Position numbers and translations under genes: made by a program. The notes below the pieces were generated by a model that saw nothing but the letters and a program-made list of their open reading frames with translations, made no database searches and was not told the origin of the DNA. DNA of 63,373 nt, filler included, from Octopus bimaculoides (taxonomy: Eukaryota), in NCBI RefSeq assembly GCF_001194135.2. It is 9 parts of 7 records of this genome, joined end to end, with 100 filler letters (N's around TTAATTAATTAA, not from the genome) between each part and the next. Parts side by side here need not be neighbours in the genome. Positions count along the whole stretch, not along the records: positions 15,376 to 33,529 come from NC_068994.1; positions 33,630 to 39,396 come from NC_068985.1; positions 39,497 to 46,122 come from NW_026297408.1; 6 more parts are not named here. One strand, 5' to 3'. The stretch's first letter is position 1, and each line of letters starts with the position of its first letter. Shown piece after piece: positions 26,341-39,982 of this stretch.

Positions 26341-29300
26341 AGTTAGGGTAATGACGACAGAAGAGATAATGATGGCGGTGGGAGTAGTGGGAGAAGTGAG
26401 GACATAGAGGGGAAAGAGTATTGTGATGTAAGCTGAATCAGTGAGGGAGGACAATGGTAACACTGGAGGTAGTGAGAGGCTGTGGGGATAGTGAGAGATG
26501 TGGGAACATAATGGGGGGAGTGAAAGTAGTGAGGGTTTAATAAAAGGGAAACTAATGATACAGGGTGGGGGGGGGATTAGGAGAGCAGTGGTAGCAATAG
26601 TTTGTTTGTTGTATTTGACCATAAACGAATACTCATAAATCTTTCGATCTTCTCACGATTGGTCTGTTAAACATAAGGTGTTAGATATAATTCAACTCTT
26701 TAAATATAAAGTTGTTTTGTTTGGTTTTTTTTTAAATTTATTTCATTTTTCTTGGACATATTTTAAGTTGATGATATTTGNNNNNNNNNNNNNNNNNNNN
26801 NNNNNNNNNNNNNNNNNNNNNNNNNNNNNNNNNNNNNNNNNNNNNNNNNNNNNNNNNNNNNNNNNNNNNNNNNNNNNNNNNNNNNNNNNNNNNNNNNNNN
26901 NNNNNNNNNNNNNNNNNNNNNNNNNNNNNNNNNNNNNNNNNNNNNNNNNNNNNNNNNNNNNNNNNNNNNNNNNNNNNNNNNNNNNNNNNNNNNNNNNNNN
27001 NNNNNNNNNNNNNNNNNNNNNNNNNNNNNNNNNNNNNNNNNNNNNNNNNNNNNNNNNNNNNNNNNNNNNNNNNNNNNNNNNNNNNNNNNNNNNNNNNNNN
27101 NNNNNNNNNNNNNNNNNNNNNNNNNNNNNNNNNNNNNNNNNNNNNNNNNNNNNNNNNNNNNNNNNNNNNNNNNNNNNNNNNNNNNNNNNNNNNNNNNNNN
27201 NNNNNNNNNNNNNNNNNNNNNNNNNNNNNNNNNNNNNNNNNNNNNNNNNNNNNNNNNNNNNNNNNNNNNNNNNNNNNNNNNNNNNNNNNNNNNNNNNNNN
27301 NNNNNNNNNNNNNNNNNNNNNNNNNNNNNNNNNNNNNNNNNNNNNNNNNNNNNNNNNNNNNNNNNNNNNNNNNNNNNNNNNNNNNNNNNNNNNNNNNNNN
27401 NNNNNNNNNNNNNNNNNNNNNNNNNNNNNNNNNNNNNNNNNNNNNNNNNNNNNNNNNNNNNNNNNNNNNNNNNNNNNNNNNNNNNNNNNNNNNNNNNNNN
27501 NNNNNNNNNNNNNNNNNNNNNNNNNNNNNNNNNNNNNNNNNNNNNNNNNNNNNNNNNNNNNNNNNNNNNNNNNNNNNNNNNNNNNNNNCACTTTGGCTTG
27601 TTTTGGGTCCTCGCCTCTAGGTGGAGTCATCGGAGCACGCTGTCCTGACTTCGTGCATGTTTTGAGCATCTAAGCTTGGAAGGACACATTTGTCTTCAAG
27701 CTAAATCACAGCTGATTTCTTCTTCCGGAAAAGGAAGATAAAGTAAAAGAGAGAGGAAAAATAATTGCTCCTGGAATGGTTCTTTATTTATCGATCCCTA
27801 AATGATACTTAAAAACAAAAAAAGAACAAAAGCTTACAACGGTGGGATTTGAACTCGGATCAGAACGAAGGCCGCAAAGTATATTACTCAATACTACAAC
27901 GATTTTCGCAAATCGCTGCCTCGCTTCCAGAAATGCATGCATGTCTAACGTTAGGCAATTTACATCGAAACAGAATGTGCACAATTGAAAATAACAGAAG
28001 GATCGAGAATATTCTATACAGAAGATTTGAAACAGATATTTATTCAATTTTTTTTCATACACATGGCTCAGTGGTTAATGTGTCGAATTATTGTGGGAGA
28101 CAGGATGTGAGTTCGTGTCTTGTTTACAAACAGGACCTTGGGGTGTTTTTTTTTTGTTTTTGCTTTTATTTTCTCTGTAAGCTTCTTTTATAAAACTAAT
28201 TAATAACATTGGTACAAAGTGACAAATTTTGTCAGAAAGATACAGTCGATTAAATCAACACCAGCATATTACTGGTCCTTTATTTTATCGATCTTTGAAA
28301 GAGTAAAAGTCAAGGCTTACCACGGCGGTATTTGAACACAGAACGTTAAAGGCCATATATAATAAACACATCGGAAGTTATTAATTGTCCAACACTAAAG
28401 AATTCAGTCAACCTTCTTTTAGTTATTTGTATTATTACTGAGTCTTTTTCATGCTCTAAACAACACCAATAGATTAATGAATAAATAAGTAGATAATCCT
28501 GTTGCGATATTGATTACGTGATTGTATACTAGTGTCCTCTTCAAGGTAAATATGTCTGAGATTGTGTTCGGATGCCTTTGTATGTCTGCGCATGCGCACA
28601 CGCGTGTGTATGCACGTATTTACCTGTATTTGTGAATGCATTTTTCCTAACGTCTGTATTAGCGTGTATTCGTTTGGTAGTGTGCTTGTGTATGCGCATG
28701 TGGACTTCTATTTATGTATATATTTGCGTATGCAATAGTGTGTGTGTGTGTGTGTGTCTGTGTGTTTGATGTGCATCGAAGAGCAGAAGAAATAAACCGA
28801 GGTATATTTCAATCCGTTGTTCTCTTATAGAAGTTATAGAAAACGACACGACATCTAATTTCTTTTCCCTGTCTTTAGAAATTATATAAATATCGAAATT
28901 TTCTTTTGAGTCCAGTGAAAAAGCTTCCCCCTTCGCACGTCCCAGCTTGGGGCTCTCGTGACCAACGTAGGGCGCTGTTTGCACATAATTTTATTTGTGA
29001 ATTTAAATTTTCTTTTTAATTAATTTTTTCGCTTTTCTACCACCATCGAAAAAAATTTTTTTAATAAAAACATTCCTGTCGTGGTCTCGTCCGATCTCAC
29101 AAAAATACGAGCCAAATGTCCCTCAAATCATGCCCTAACATTTTATAAAAAGAAAAGACACATCGCAAAATATATTCTTTATAAAATATGCAATGTCCAG
29201 AGAAAAGAAAAAATAGGGCTGGAATGTTTTTGGTCAAAGATCTGCTTCATTATTGCTACATTTGTGAAGGTTAAACAATAACGTGAACTACGGGGAAGTT

Positions 29301-30277
29301 TCTGCAACGTCGCTTGGCCTGAAAAAAACAATTACCAAATCTTCCTCAAATCAGTGACAGAAACCAGTATCACGTTATAAATGACAGTCTGTTACAGACA
29401 ACATTCCCAAGTGATCTTGTACCATATTCCCTCCTGGAAGTTATGTCCACGGAGGCAATGCAAAATGATAATAAAAGAGTCATGCTATCAGGAAACACAA
29501 CGAAACACCTGTCATGGGTTTGAACTCACAATCCGTAAGCAGGAAGTTTAGTATTTTATCTATACGGCCATGTTGACACTATGTAAACCCCAAACCCATC
29601 ACGTAAAAACTCCGGTTCAGTTTTTTTGGGGTTTTTTTCAATTTAGACTGAAATCAAATGCTGTATTCAGTGATTTAATGTGTGCATGAATAAATGCTTT
29701 CGACATCCGTAAAACTGGGCACTCACTTACGGAACAGATAAAATTCAACAAAGAAATAGTCACTCATACTATATGAAATAACAACTATATATCCTTCAAA
29801 GTGTACCCTACCATCTTGAAAATAAATTTTAAAAAACCGGGAAGGACACACTGAGTAATCTAGTCCTTAGATATCCTGCGTCTGAAAATAAGACGGGATG
29901 GTCACTATTGGAACACTTTTGACCTTGACCACGGGTCCGTTTAATAGGGGCTGCCCTGGAGAGTTTAAAACAAAAGACAACAAAGCTACTATTCTATGGA
30001 AGTCTGTGTTACGAGAGCAAAACTGACTAAAAGCTTTCTACGTTTCAACATCAACATCGATCTCGCCTGAAAGGGTCATGTGACCAAGATATACAACTGT
30101 TGGCAATTACAAAATTGATGCACACTCAACATACACAAACACACACGTATATATATATACATATATAGATATATTATTTTTGCACGTTTTTTCTGTTTTG
30201 TTTGTATGAGCAACACTTACACATGAGCAATAAAGTCTCTGTACTTCAAGAAGTAGAGCTTTGTATGTGTGTGTGTA

Positions 30278-30336
<59 letters not shown>

Positions 30337-30754
30337 NNNNNNNNNNNNNNNNNNNNNNNNNNNNNNNNNNNNNNNNNNNNNNNNNNNNNNNNNNNNNNNN
30401 NNNNNNNNNNNNNNNNNNNNNNNNNNNNNNNNNNNNNNNNNNNNNNNNNNNNNNNNNNNNNNNNNNNNNNNNNNNNNNNNNNNNNNNNNNNNNNNNNNNN
30501 NNNNNNNNNNNNNNNNNNNNNNNNNNNNNNNNNNNNNNNNNNNNNNNNNNNNNNNNNNNNNNNNNNNNNNNNNNNNNNNNNNNNNNNNNNNNNNNNNNNN
30601 NNNNNNNNNNNNNNNNNNNNNNNNNNNNNNNNNNNNNNNNNNNNNNNNNNNNNNNNNNNNNNNNNNNNNNNNNNNNNNNNNNNNNNNNNNNNNNNNNNNN
30701 NNNNNNNNNNNNNNNNNNNNNNNNNNATACTACTTTTGCATTATTTTACACTGA

Positions 30755-31078
30755 TTAATTTTCTTCCACGGTAACAGTAGGTATAGGTGACGATTGGTCG
30801 TGGTCCAAGTCGGCAGTTGAGTCCGCTTTCGACCCAAACTTTAAACTTTCCATCGTCGGCGGAGATGGTGATGGTGCCGTCAGCATCATCGGTGAGGAAT
30901 AACTCAACATGGCACTCGCTCGTCGATGTTTCTCGGTTTCGGGAACAGATTTACGACTCGCAGGAGGCGTGATGACGTTACGCCCGAAACTCGGCGTCTC
31001 CATATTGTCCGCGTTAGCATTCTCCAGCGATTGCCTCGCATCGAATTCCTTAAAGCTTTCCTCTTTTAAATTAGCCAT
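30755..31078 (-). CDS. Uncharacterised 107-aa S/P/T-rich ORF (possible exon)
   Basis: GC-rich island, non-repetitive translation MANLKEESF...RRASAM...VTVEEN, taATGG start context. No family recognised. Confidence 0.35.
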   Translation of the reverse strand: MANLKEESFKEFDARQSLENANADNMETPSFGRNVITPPASRKSVPETEKHRRASAMLSYSSPMMLTAPSPSPPTMESLKFGSKADSTADLDHDQSSPIPTVTVEEN

Positions 31079-31850
31079 TAATTAATACATCAATATATTT
31101 GCATATGACCAAAGTGCAATACAGATTTCATACGCATGTATGTTTGTGTGTATATATATATATAAATCTATAACCGATATTGTTAAATATTTTTTGTATT
31201 GTCTTAGTATGGGGCAGTGAAGGTTTCGTCGACGCAGCTATCCCCTGAACATTAAAAGCAAATAATTTATCGAGTGTGCACAAAGACGAAATGTGGTGAT
31301 TTCGATGTCTACCTGAACTTCAAGGTAAAAATCTGAAGGACATCATTAGAGCTTCTCTGCAGTATTATATTACGACGAGGAAAGAACCCGTTACTATCAA
31401 CTCGCCTTGGTTTTCCTTGTCTCTTTCTTTTTCTTTACAACAAATAAATATATAATATAATCAAATTATATTGATCGATACAATCAGAAATATTATGCAA
31501 TCAATAAAATGACATATTTTGTGATCCGATCTTCATAAAGTATAAAAATTTTCTCCATCCACTTTTGCGTATGTTTGTTCGGATTTAATATGAGAAGATC
31601 GATTAGACAAGTGGTGGTGATGGCTGTTGGTGTTGGTGGTGGTGGTGATGGTGGTGATGGTGGTAGCGGATGTGCCGATGGCGGTGGCAGTGGTCGTCGT
31701 CGTGACGATGGATTGGTTTGACTTTTGTGTATTTGACTGTATGTGTGCACGCATGCGAAAATATCCCGCAGCGAATGATGCACGCACGCACACATACCCG
31801 CATGCACGCACGCACACACACACACACACACACATACACACACACACGCA

Positions 31851-31885
<35 letters not shown>

Positions 31886-32047
31886 NNNNNNNNNNNNNNN
31901 NNNNNNNNNNNNNNNNNNNNNNNNNNNNNNNNNNNNNNNNNNNNNNNNNNNNNNNNNNNNNNNNNNNNNNNNNNNNNNNNNNNNNNNNNNNNNNNNNNNN
32001 NNNNNNNNNNNNNNNNNNNNNNNNNNNNNNNNNNNNNNNNNNNNNNN

Positions 32048-32090
<43 letters not shown>

Positions 32091-32476
32091 TGTATGTATG
32101 TATGAGTGAGAATAATTGATTAAAATATAAAGACTGACAGAGATAACTCAGAATAATAAAGTCTTTTATCTTCTAACTTCTTTCGATCATTATACTGCGG
32201 CCGAGCTGGGGCAACGACGAGGGACTACACTCAAACAAACCGGCCCAGTACTTCCTCGAACCATTAAATTACGGGAACGTAAAGAAACCACCGCCGGTTG
32301 TCAAGCGGTGGTGGAGAACAAACAAGCAAACAAACAAACAAAAATGAGAAAGATATCAACTCGAAGGAATGCAAGTTCGAATTGTATATAAGACAGAAAC
32401 GGATGATGGGACAAATATTTCTGGTAGAATCGATAGGTTATTTAACAATAAAAGCTCTTTAGTAAGATAGATAGAC

Positions 32477-32550
<74 letters not shown>

Positions 32551-33481
32551 CCCTCTTGTCGCAATAAAAATGGCCGACAAGTACGTTAAGTTGCCTTTCT
32601 ATTTGTTTGGACATTTGTTTTGTGAGTTAATCTTCCTAACACATGTCCACGATAATCTGTTGATTTATCCGTGAGACTGATAATCTGAAAATGGCTCATC
32701 TGAGAGGAAGAGTAAAAAAAAAGAACGAAAAAAAGAGAGAAAGAAAGAAGGAAAAGAAGAAAGAAAGGGTGGATGGTAAAAAAAAAAACAAATGAGAACA
32801 AGAGGCGCTGTCGAGATACGACTGAGAAAGAACGAAATCCTCTAATCGTACTTTGCTGGTGCTAGTAAACAGCTTAATGATGGTTTAGTCTATATATCAT
32901 TAATTTATATATTTATTTATTTACTTGTATGTTTACTTATTTGCTTACGCATTTGTTGGAAAATCGCAAATATATATATACAACTTAATTTCACAACCTT
33001 CATACTTTCCCCAAAATAAATAAATAGATAATATTAAACTCTTCAGAGTAGATATTAGATCTTGATCTTACCTGTAAGACTATGCATGCATACATGATAT
33101 ATACGTATATACATACATACAAGTACGAGTACATAGAATATGAACTATTTTTTCCGAACAACGAAAGACACAAATGGAAAACAAGACAAACAACATAAAG
33201 AACGACCTTTCATCAGTTGTTGGCTGTTTTTCCAGCTATATATATATACATAACCAACTTTGTAGGCTACACACACGCACACATAATACGTAAGTGATAA
33301 TACATTATAATTTCAAGGTTTAGTTATTTCATCTCTTCAATTTCAAATCCTGTTCCGGATTAAGCTAATCTTTTTAACAGCTTGTGTTAACAAACTGTCA
33401 ACAAACTATTATGTGCGTGTGTGTGTGTAGATACGTACATATACATACATACACGTAAAGTATATAAATGTTTGTGAGTGC

Positions 33482-33529
<48 letters not shown>

Positions 33530-33629
33530 NNNNNNNNNNNNNNNNNNNNNNNNNNNNNNNNNNNNNNNNNNNNTTAATTAATTAANNNNNNNNNNNNNNN
33601 NNNNNNNNNNNNNNNNNNNNNNNNNNNNN

Positions 33630-33882
33630 TAGGTGCCTCAGGTATAATAAAAAAAAATATTCAGACAAATACATAACAAAAACACCAGGACTTACAAATA
33701 TATATAACATACAGAAAATTGCACCACTGGGTACTGCACACATTCTACACAAAACACTTTCAATACAGTAAACATAAGAGCACCACAGCAAACCACAGCA
33801 CATACCCAAGGCGCACAGAACTGCGCTCGGTAGTGAAGTGAAAGCACGTTATAAAAATAAAACTACTGAACAATAATAATAA
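33630..33882 (+). mobile_element. 3' end of R4/Dong-like LINE with (AAT)n tail
   Basis: GASGII...IQKIAPLGTAHILHKTLSIQ*, then a 3' UTR ending in aataataat. Confidence 0.7.
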
Positions 33883-34134
33883 GAAACTGTTGTCACTTCC
33901 ATAGTATTACAACCATGTGACCGGAGGTGTTCAACAGAGGCTTAAACAGTTGAAAGTCATTCCGAATTTCTTTCAAACTCTGTAGTCTCTCTGTGAATGT
34001 CTAATGAGGTGGATACGTTCTATGTGGCCACGAAGCTTTAAGTAAAGTGGAGTTGAATCAAAATATGTAAATCAATTCCATGTAAACTCCAAGCCAATAT
34101 ATTGAGTGCTACTTTCATTTCTTCACATAATCGA

Positions 34135-34167
<33 letters not shown>

Positions 34168-34730
34168 NNNNNNNNNNNNNNNNNNNNNNNNNNNNNNNNN
34201 NNNNNNNNNNNNNNNNNNNNNNNNNNNNNNNNNNNNNNNNNNNNNNNNNNNNNNNNNNNNNNNNNNNNNNNNNNNNNNNNNNNNNNNNNNNNNNNNNNNN
34301 NNNNNNNNNNNNNNNNNNNNNNNNNNNNNNNNNNNNNNNNNNNNNNNNNNNNNNNNNNNNNNNNNNNNNNNNNNNNNNNNNNNNNNNNNNNNNNNNNNNN
34401 NNNNNNNNNNNNNNNNNNNNNNNNNNNNNNNNNNNNNNNNNNNNNNNNNNNNNNNNNNNNNNNNNNNNNNNNNNNNNNNNNNNNNNNNNNNNNNNNNNNN
34501 NNNNNNNNNNNNNNNNNNNNNNNNNNNNNNNNNNNNNNNNNNNNNNNNNNNNNNNNNNNNNNNNNNNNNNNNNNNNNNNNNNNNNNNNNNNNNNNNNNNN
34601 NNNNNNNNNNNNNNNNNNNNNNNNNNNNNNNNNNNNNNNNNNNNNNNNNNNNNNNNNNNNNNNNNNNNNNNNNNNNNNNNNNNNNNNNNNNNNNNNNNNN
34701 NNNNNNNNNNNNNNNNNNNNNNNNNNNNNN

Positions 34731-35020
34731 NCTCCATTGTTGTTTGCATATCACTCATGGTGGTATTTACCTTACGATGAGTTAGGCCTAACGGTAACAG
34801 CAGTCGTCTCACACTGTGTCCTAGAAACCCTCTACATCCAACTTCGATTGGAAAATGCTCTGCTTTCCAGCCTGCGTCTTCACATTTCCCGAGGAGGTTT
34901 ACATAACGGTCAATCTTTTGAGCCCGCGCGGCGTCCATGTTATCTTCATGAGGAACCGTTAACTCAGCTAGATTTACAACTTTCCTTCTTTCACGCCAGC
35001 TACTGCGCTCATCTCTGACA
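34731..35020 (-). mobile_element. HERO-like non-LTR retrotransposon REL endonuclease fragment
   Basis: KVVNLAELTVPHEDNMDAARAQKIDRYVNLLGKCEDAGWKAEHFPIEVGCRGFLG carries the ELTVP and PxEVGCRGF motifs. Confidence 0.8.
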
Positions 35021-35573
35021 AAGATTTTAGAACTAGCTCATTTGCTCCTTTTGTGTATTCTCTTGTAATAATATTCTCTTTTTATGTGCTTAATTGTACA
35101 CATTTCCAATCCATTCCGGAAAAGGTAACGAAGCTCGGAGATATTTGGTTTTATAGATATCGAACAATTACATATTTAAAGCGAAACATTAATATTTCAA
35201 TACATACGAATAATCGCTACTCTTTGTAAAAATATAACACTCCTACAAACTATTTCCTCAATTTTCCTTCTTTCCTTTATAAGCAGACTATGGTCATTCT
35301 AACGAAATACGTTATTTCTGCTCTAAGTTGTTTTATTAGTTTTAAAGCTTCCCTTCCGGCGATGTTGTGTACGAGTTATGTGTTCTTTTGATATGTATAA
35401 AAACACGACCTGTATAACCGAGACGTTATCTGCTGATTTGAACATTTTGATATCTAATGATACTGTGATATCAGAGTGAAACATTGAGTCCGCAGCAAGG
35501 TCTTAGTAAAAATATAATATATATGTAAGCATATATTTTGCTTCTCTCTCACTTTCCTCCTCTCGTTTACTCT

Positions 35574-35608
<35 letters not shown>

Positions 35609-35791
35609 ACGCACTCTCTAACATATTCTCTCTTTCCTTCACATGCAAGCGTATATGCGCGTGCTCAAAAAGAGTGTTTTTATGTATGTACGATATAAAA
35701 TATTTCAATATATCTATAGTACTTTTTATGCATTTAACTGTATAAACGAACGCATGTGTGCGAAGAATTGTATGCTTATATATACGCAGAT

Positions 35792-35844
<53 letters not shown>

Positions 35845-36014
35845 AATTTATACACACACACAAATACATACATATATATGTACGTATATATATATGTATA
35901 ATAGGCGACGTATCCGATAATTCCCGTAAAAGTGGGGCTAATGCCTTGGTTACGTTCTCAGAATTGTTTCGCTAATCCAATAACAACAATACAAAGTAAT
36001 TACGAAATTAAACT

Positions 36015-36320
36015 CTAACAGTTCAAATACAAATAAATAAGCATACTCAATTTCATTTTTATCAAATAATTTGGTAAAATGAATGGGTTATTTCCCTTGT
36101 TTTTTAAAAAAAATATATTAGTTATATGAGGATCCCTTCCAGGGGCAATATTATCGAATTTTTTCAACAATCTGAGTATGCCATGAGGTTTCCAACCATG
36201 AGTTCTACTCATGTGTCAAGTTTCATCAAAATCGATAAAATGATGTAGGAGGAGTTAGCTAACAACTCCGCAAACAAACACACCCACAGACAGAATTTCC
36301 CACATATGTAATAGATAAGT
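36015..36320 (+). mobile_element. Possible Helitron/Helentron-derived non-autonomous repeat
   Basis: Motif caagtttcatcaaaatcg...ggaggagttag...cacagacaga...aatagat resembles DINE/HINE-type ends. Recognised from memory only. Confidence 0.35.
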
Positions 36321-36704
36321 TCTTGCATATATATATATATAAAATTATAATTGAGTTAGGTGTTAAACAACCACCGAAAGGATATTAAATACCCAAAGGC
36401 TTACCCATATGAGCAACATTGTTATGAACTATGTATTTGAATATATATGTATATATTGACTGGAGAGATTTCCGTTTTAGCACAATTAAAAGTATGTAAA
36501 ATACTTCGTTGCAACAGAAAATTTGTTATAATAAGATTACCCAAAACAAATTGTAAGCCTGCTATTTTCTTTGCGCATGCGTTAGGCAATACAATGAATG
36601 AATGAATGAACGAAACGATGAAGCGTATTCTTTGATTTTAATTAAATTATAAATCCAGCCTTATTAAATTGTTTCATGGAATCATTTGCTGCCATTCCAT
36701 GAAA

Positions 36705-37980
36705 AAATAACTATATTTTGTTATCAAATGAATCAGAAAATTAATGTGCATTACGTTTTTAAAGAGTATAGAANNNNNNNNNNNNNNNNNNNNNNNNNNN
36801 NNNNNNNNNNNNNNTGTTAAAAACATACGGCTTTGCTCAGAACGTAGGTGGAATATAATGAAAATTTCGGAATTCTGAGCTAAGCTCAAATTGCTTGTTG
36901 TAATATAGAAATCAGTAGAAAAATGAAGGGTACAAGACTTAAAATTCAAAATGGAATTTATAATTTTTATTTCTGAGCAGATAGATACCATTTTTAACAT
37001 TTGCGTTAATCTCAGGGCGCCTACTGGCAGAATATTGTCCAGAGGGAGCATTCTGGACAATATGCTTCGCAGCAATTCTTCTGTTTTTTACGTTCTGAGT
37101 TCAAATTCTGTCGAGGTCAACTTTGCTTTTTATCTTTTCGGGATCAATGAAATAAAATCAATTGAGCACTACAGTCGATGTAATCGACCATCACCACGAC
37201 CATAAAATTCCAGGTCTTGTACTTATTTTTTTTTTACGCCCTTTTAAAGTCTAGCCAGGCTCATGGGACCGCTTTCCCGATTTCTATGGCGTATGTGTTC
37301 CCCACAGCTGGACGGGACGCCAGTCCATCGCAGCGTTACTCAAGAAACAGCAAGAGAAAGTTGGGGCGAAAGAGTGCAACAGGGGTCGCCACCACCCACT
37401 GCCAGAGCCTCGTGGAACTTTAAGTGTTTTCGCTCAATAAACGCACACAGCGCCCGGTCTGTTAATCGAAACCGCGATCCTCCTACCGTGAGTCCGCTGC
37501 CTTAATCACTGGGCCATTGCGCCTCCACTCTTGTACTTACGGTAGAAAGAAAAAAAAACCCCTTCTATTATTCATTGCTTTTAGCACACAAGTTTCTTCG
37601 AGATTTTACTCTGACACGCTATATAACAGCTAGTGCCGTTTTGCGCTTGTATATGCTTTATGAATTTTATACACCGCGAAGGCGGTTTGAAGTGCGTATA
37701 CTAATTTAATTATAACTTGGCTATCTTTCGCTCCAACAAGTAAATGCTTTGTAAATTGATTTCTATATTACAATAAGCAATTTGAGCTTAGCTCAGAACA
37801 TCCGAAATTTTCATCACATTCCACCAACGTTCTGACGAAAACCGTGTGTTTTTAACGTACAAATCTTTTTGAGATATTTCTTTGAGACAAGATATTACTA
37901 CTGTCATTTCACTTTTCTATGCACTTTATAAATGTTATACACATTCATTTTCCGATTCATTTGATAGCAAAATATAGTTG
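36705..37980. mobile_element. Foldback element with ~200-bp diverged inverted arms and two nested SINEs
   Basis: 36815-36912 pairs with 37756-37857, and 36705-36773 pairs with 37913-37980. SINE C at ~37020-37215 and SINE D at ~37245-37528 lie inside. Confidence 0.75.
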
Positions 37981-38073
37981 TGTAGCCAATAGCATTTTAC
38001 TTACGATCATTCTATATTGTTAACTATGGTGCGAATTTAATTGAGAAGATTTTAAGCGTGATATATTTTACGT

Positions 38074-38212
38074 GTGATATATTCCGTATGGAAAGTGTTC
38101 AACTCCATCAATGATGTGCTCAAAGGAACGGTGGATAGGACCACTCGCGCCATCTTCTTCAATAGCACGGTTTTACTTGAAATTTTGTTCGGAAGCGAAA
38201 CCAGGGCCACGA
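38074..38212 (+). mobile_element. RTE-clade LINE fragment (post-RT region)
   Basis: WKVFNSINDVLKGTVDRTTRAIFFNSTVLLEILFGSET resembles the RTE ...LFNSTVLPAxLYGSETW motif. Confidence 0.7.
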
Positions 38213-38466
38213 TATATATATATATATATANNNNNNNNNNNNNNNNNNNNNNNNNNNNNNNNNNNNNNNNNNNNNNNNNNNNNNNNNNNNNNNNNNNNNN
38301 NNNNNNNNNNNNNNNNNNNNNNNNNNNNNNNNNNNNNNNNNNNNNNNNNNNNNNNNNNNNNNNNNNNNNNNNNNNNNNNNNNNNNNNNNNNNNNNNNNNN
38401 NNNNNNNNNNNNNNNNNNNNNNNNNNNNNNNNNNNNNNNNNNNNNNNNNNNNNNNNNNNNNNNNNN

Positions 38467-38511
<45 letters not shown>

Positions 38512-39982
38512 ATATATATATATGAAAGAAACAAAAAAAAAAACACCTACCCTGCTGACTTTGTGTATTAGCATTGTTCGAAACCGTTGTTTTCAATCTC
38601 CAACTTCTGAACAAATATACCACGTTAATTTCGACTTGGAGACACTGGACTCTCCAAATGTTCAAAATATCTCAAATCTGTTAACTTTCCCAGTTTGGAA
38701 ACCCATAACTTACCCCGCTTCCTTATCACACACATACCTCTTCGCCGTGACATCATTAGCTCATATAACACTTCACTCTAAAACTCAAACCCAACGACAA
38801 CCAATATGTATCGACACGACTGTGTCTCATTGTGAATTGCTTCTTATTTATGTTTTGTTTCCTTGTCATTATACTCGCCTACACATTTTTGATTATTTAC
38901 AACAGAATATCGATGATTTATTTTGCCGTAATTTATATTTTATTGGCCTTTATAAACTGCCTTGGAAACGTTGTCATATTCCAATACAGTCTTGTAGATA
39001 TTTTCTCCAGTAAATGTAAATATATCGACATTGGCATGCATCTGCTACTCACGCCATTTGATAATTCATTTGTATACGTGCTATGTGTGTGCGTGTGTAT
39101 GTGGTAAATCTTTATTATATTTCATATATATATGGTTCCTAGTGGGCTTGCATGTATATAAGTGTGTATGTATACGTGTGCTTGTGTATATGTGTGCATG
39201 CTTGTGTGTGTACGCCTGTGTATGTGCGTGTTTGTGTGTGCTTGTCTGTGTGTTTGAGCGTGTATATACTCATTGACTATGCGTTTATGAAGATTTATGT
39301 AAGTAGTCATAGTTAGTATGTATATCTATATACTTATACGGATGTGCAAAAATACATACATAAAAGCGCACACGCATAAAAATATATACATATATANNNN
39401 NNNNNNNNNNNNNNNNNNNNNNNNNNNNNNNNNNNNNNNNTTAATTAATTAANNNNNNNNNNNNNNNNNNNNNNNNNNNNNNNNNNNNNNNNNNNNCTTC
39501 CCTTTACCTCAAATCCAAACAAATGGACATCCCACCATAACAAAAAAAAAAAAAAAATATATATATAAATAATACAAAACAATACTGATCCCTATCCCTC
39601 GCCACATTCCACCCTGACACCCATTCCAATGTAAAGAAGACTGCAGCCAGGCGTGCGGAACTGAAGCGAAGGGCAAAATTACTAATAGAGCGAGAGAAGG
39701 CAGCAGCCATATTGGCAATTCGAGAGCGAAAGTCGACCCAGTCCTCACCAAATGCCACCACCAACCAGCACGTATGCACTTGTTTGTCGTTCAGCCTACA
39801 CTACTGTCCTACCTACCTTCCTTCCTTCCTTTATTTTCTCTTCCTATCTCTGGCAAAACCTCGCTTCACCCATCTCTGACACATTCGATATTATATTATT
39901 CTACACCAGATACATTAGTCAGGCTTTCTACAGACCAAGAGGACAAAGATCTAGGTTTTCTTACTTTCCTTTTCTTTCTCCT

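Noticed and set aside
33210-33216. CTGATGA/CTGACGA hits (also 37832-37838 and 61665-61671)
   Set aside because: No downstream GAAA in a foldable hammerhead arrangement.
39610-39780. Basic open stretch (KTAARRAELKRRAK...HVC), possible RTE ORF end
   Set aside because: Too short, and it lacks the full zinc-finger motif needed to call it.
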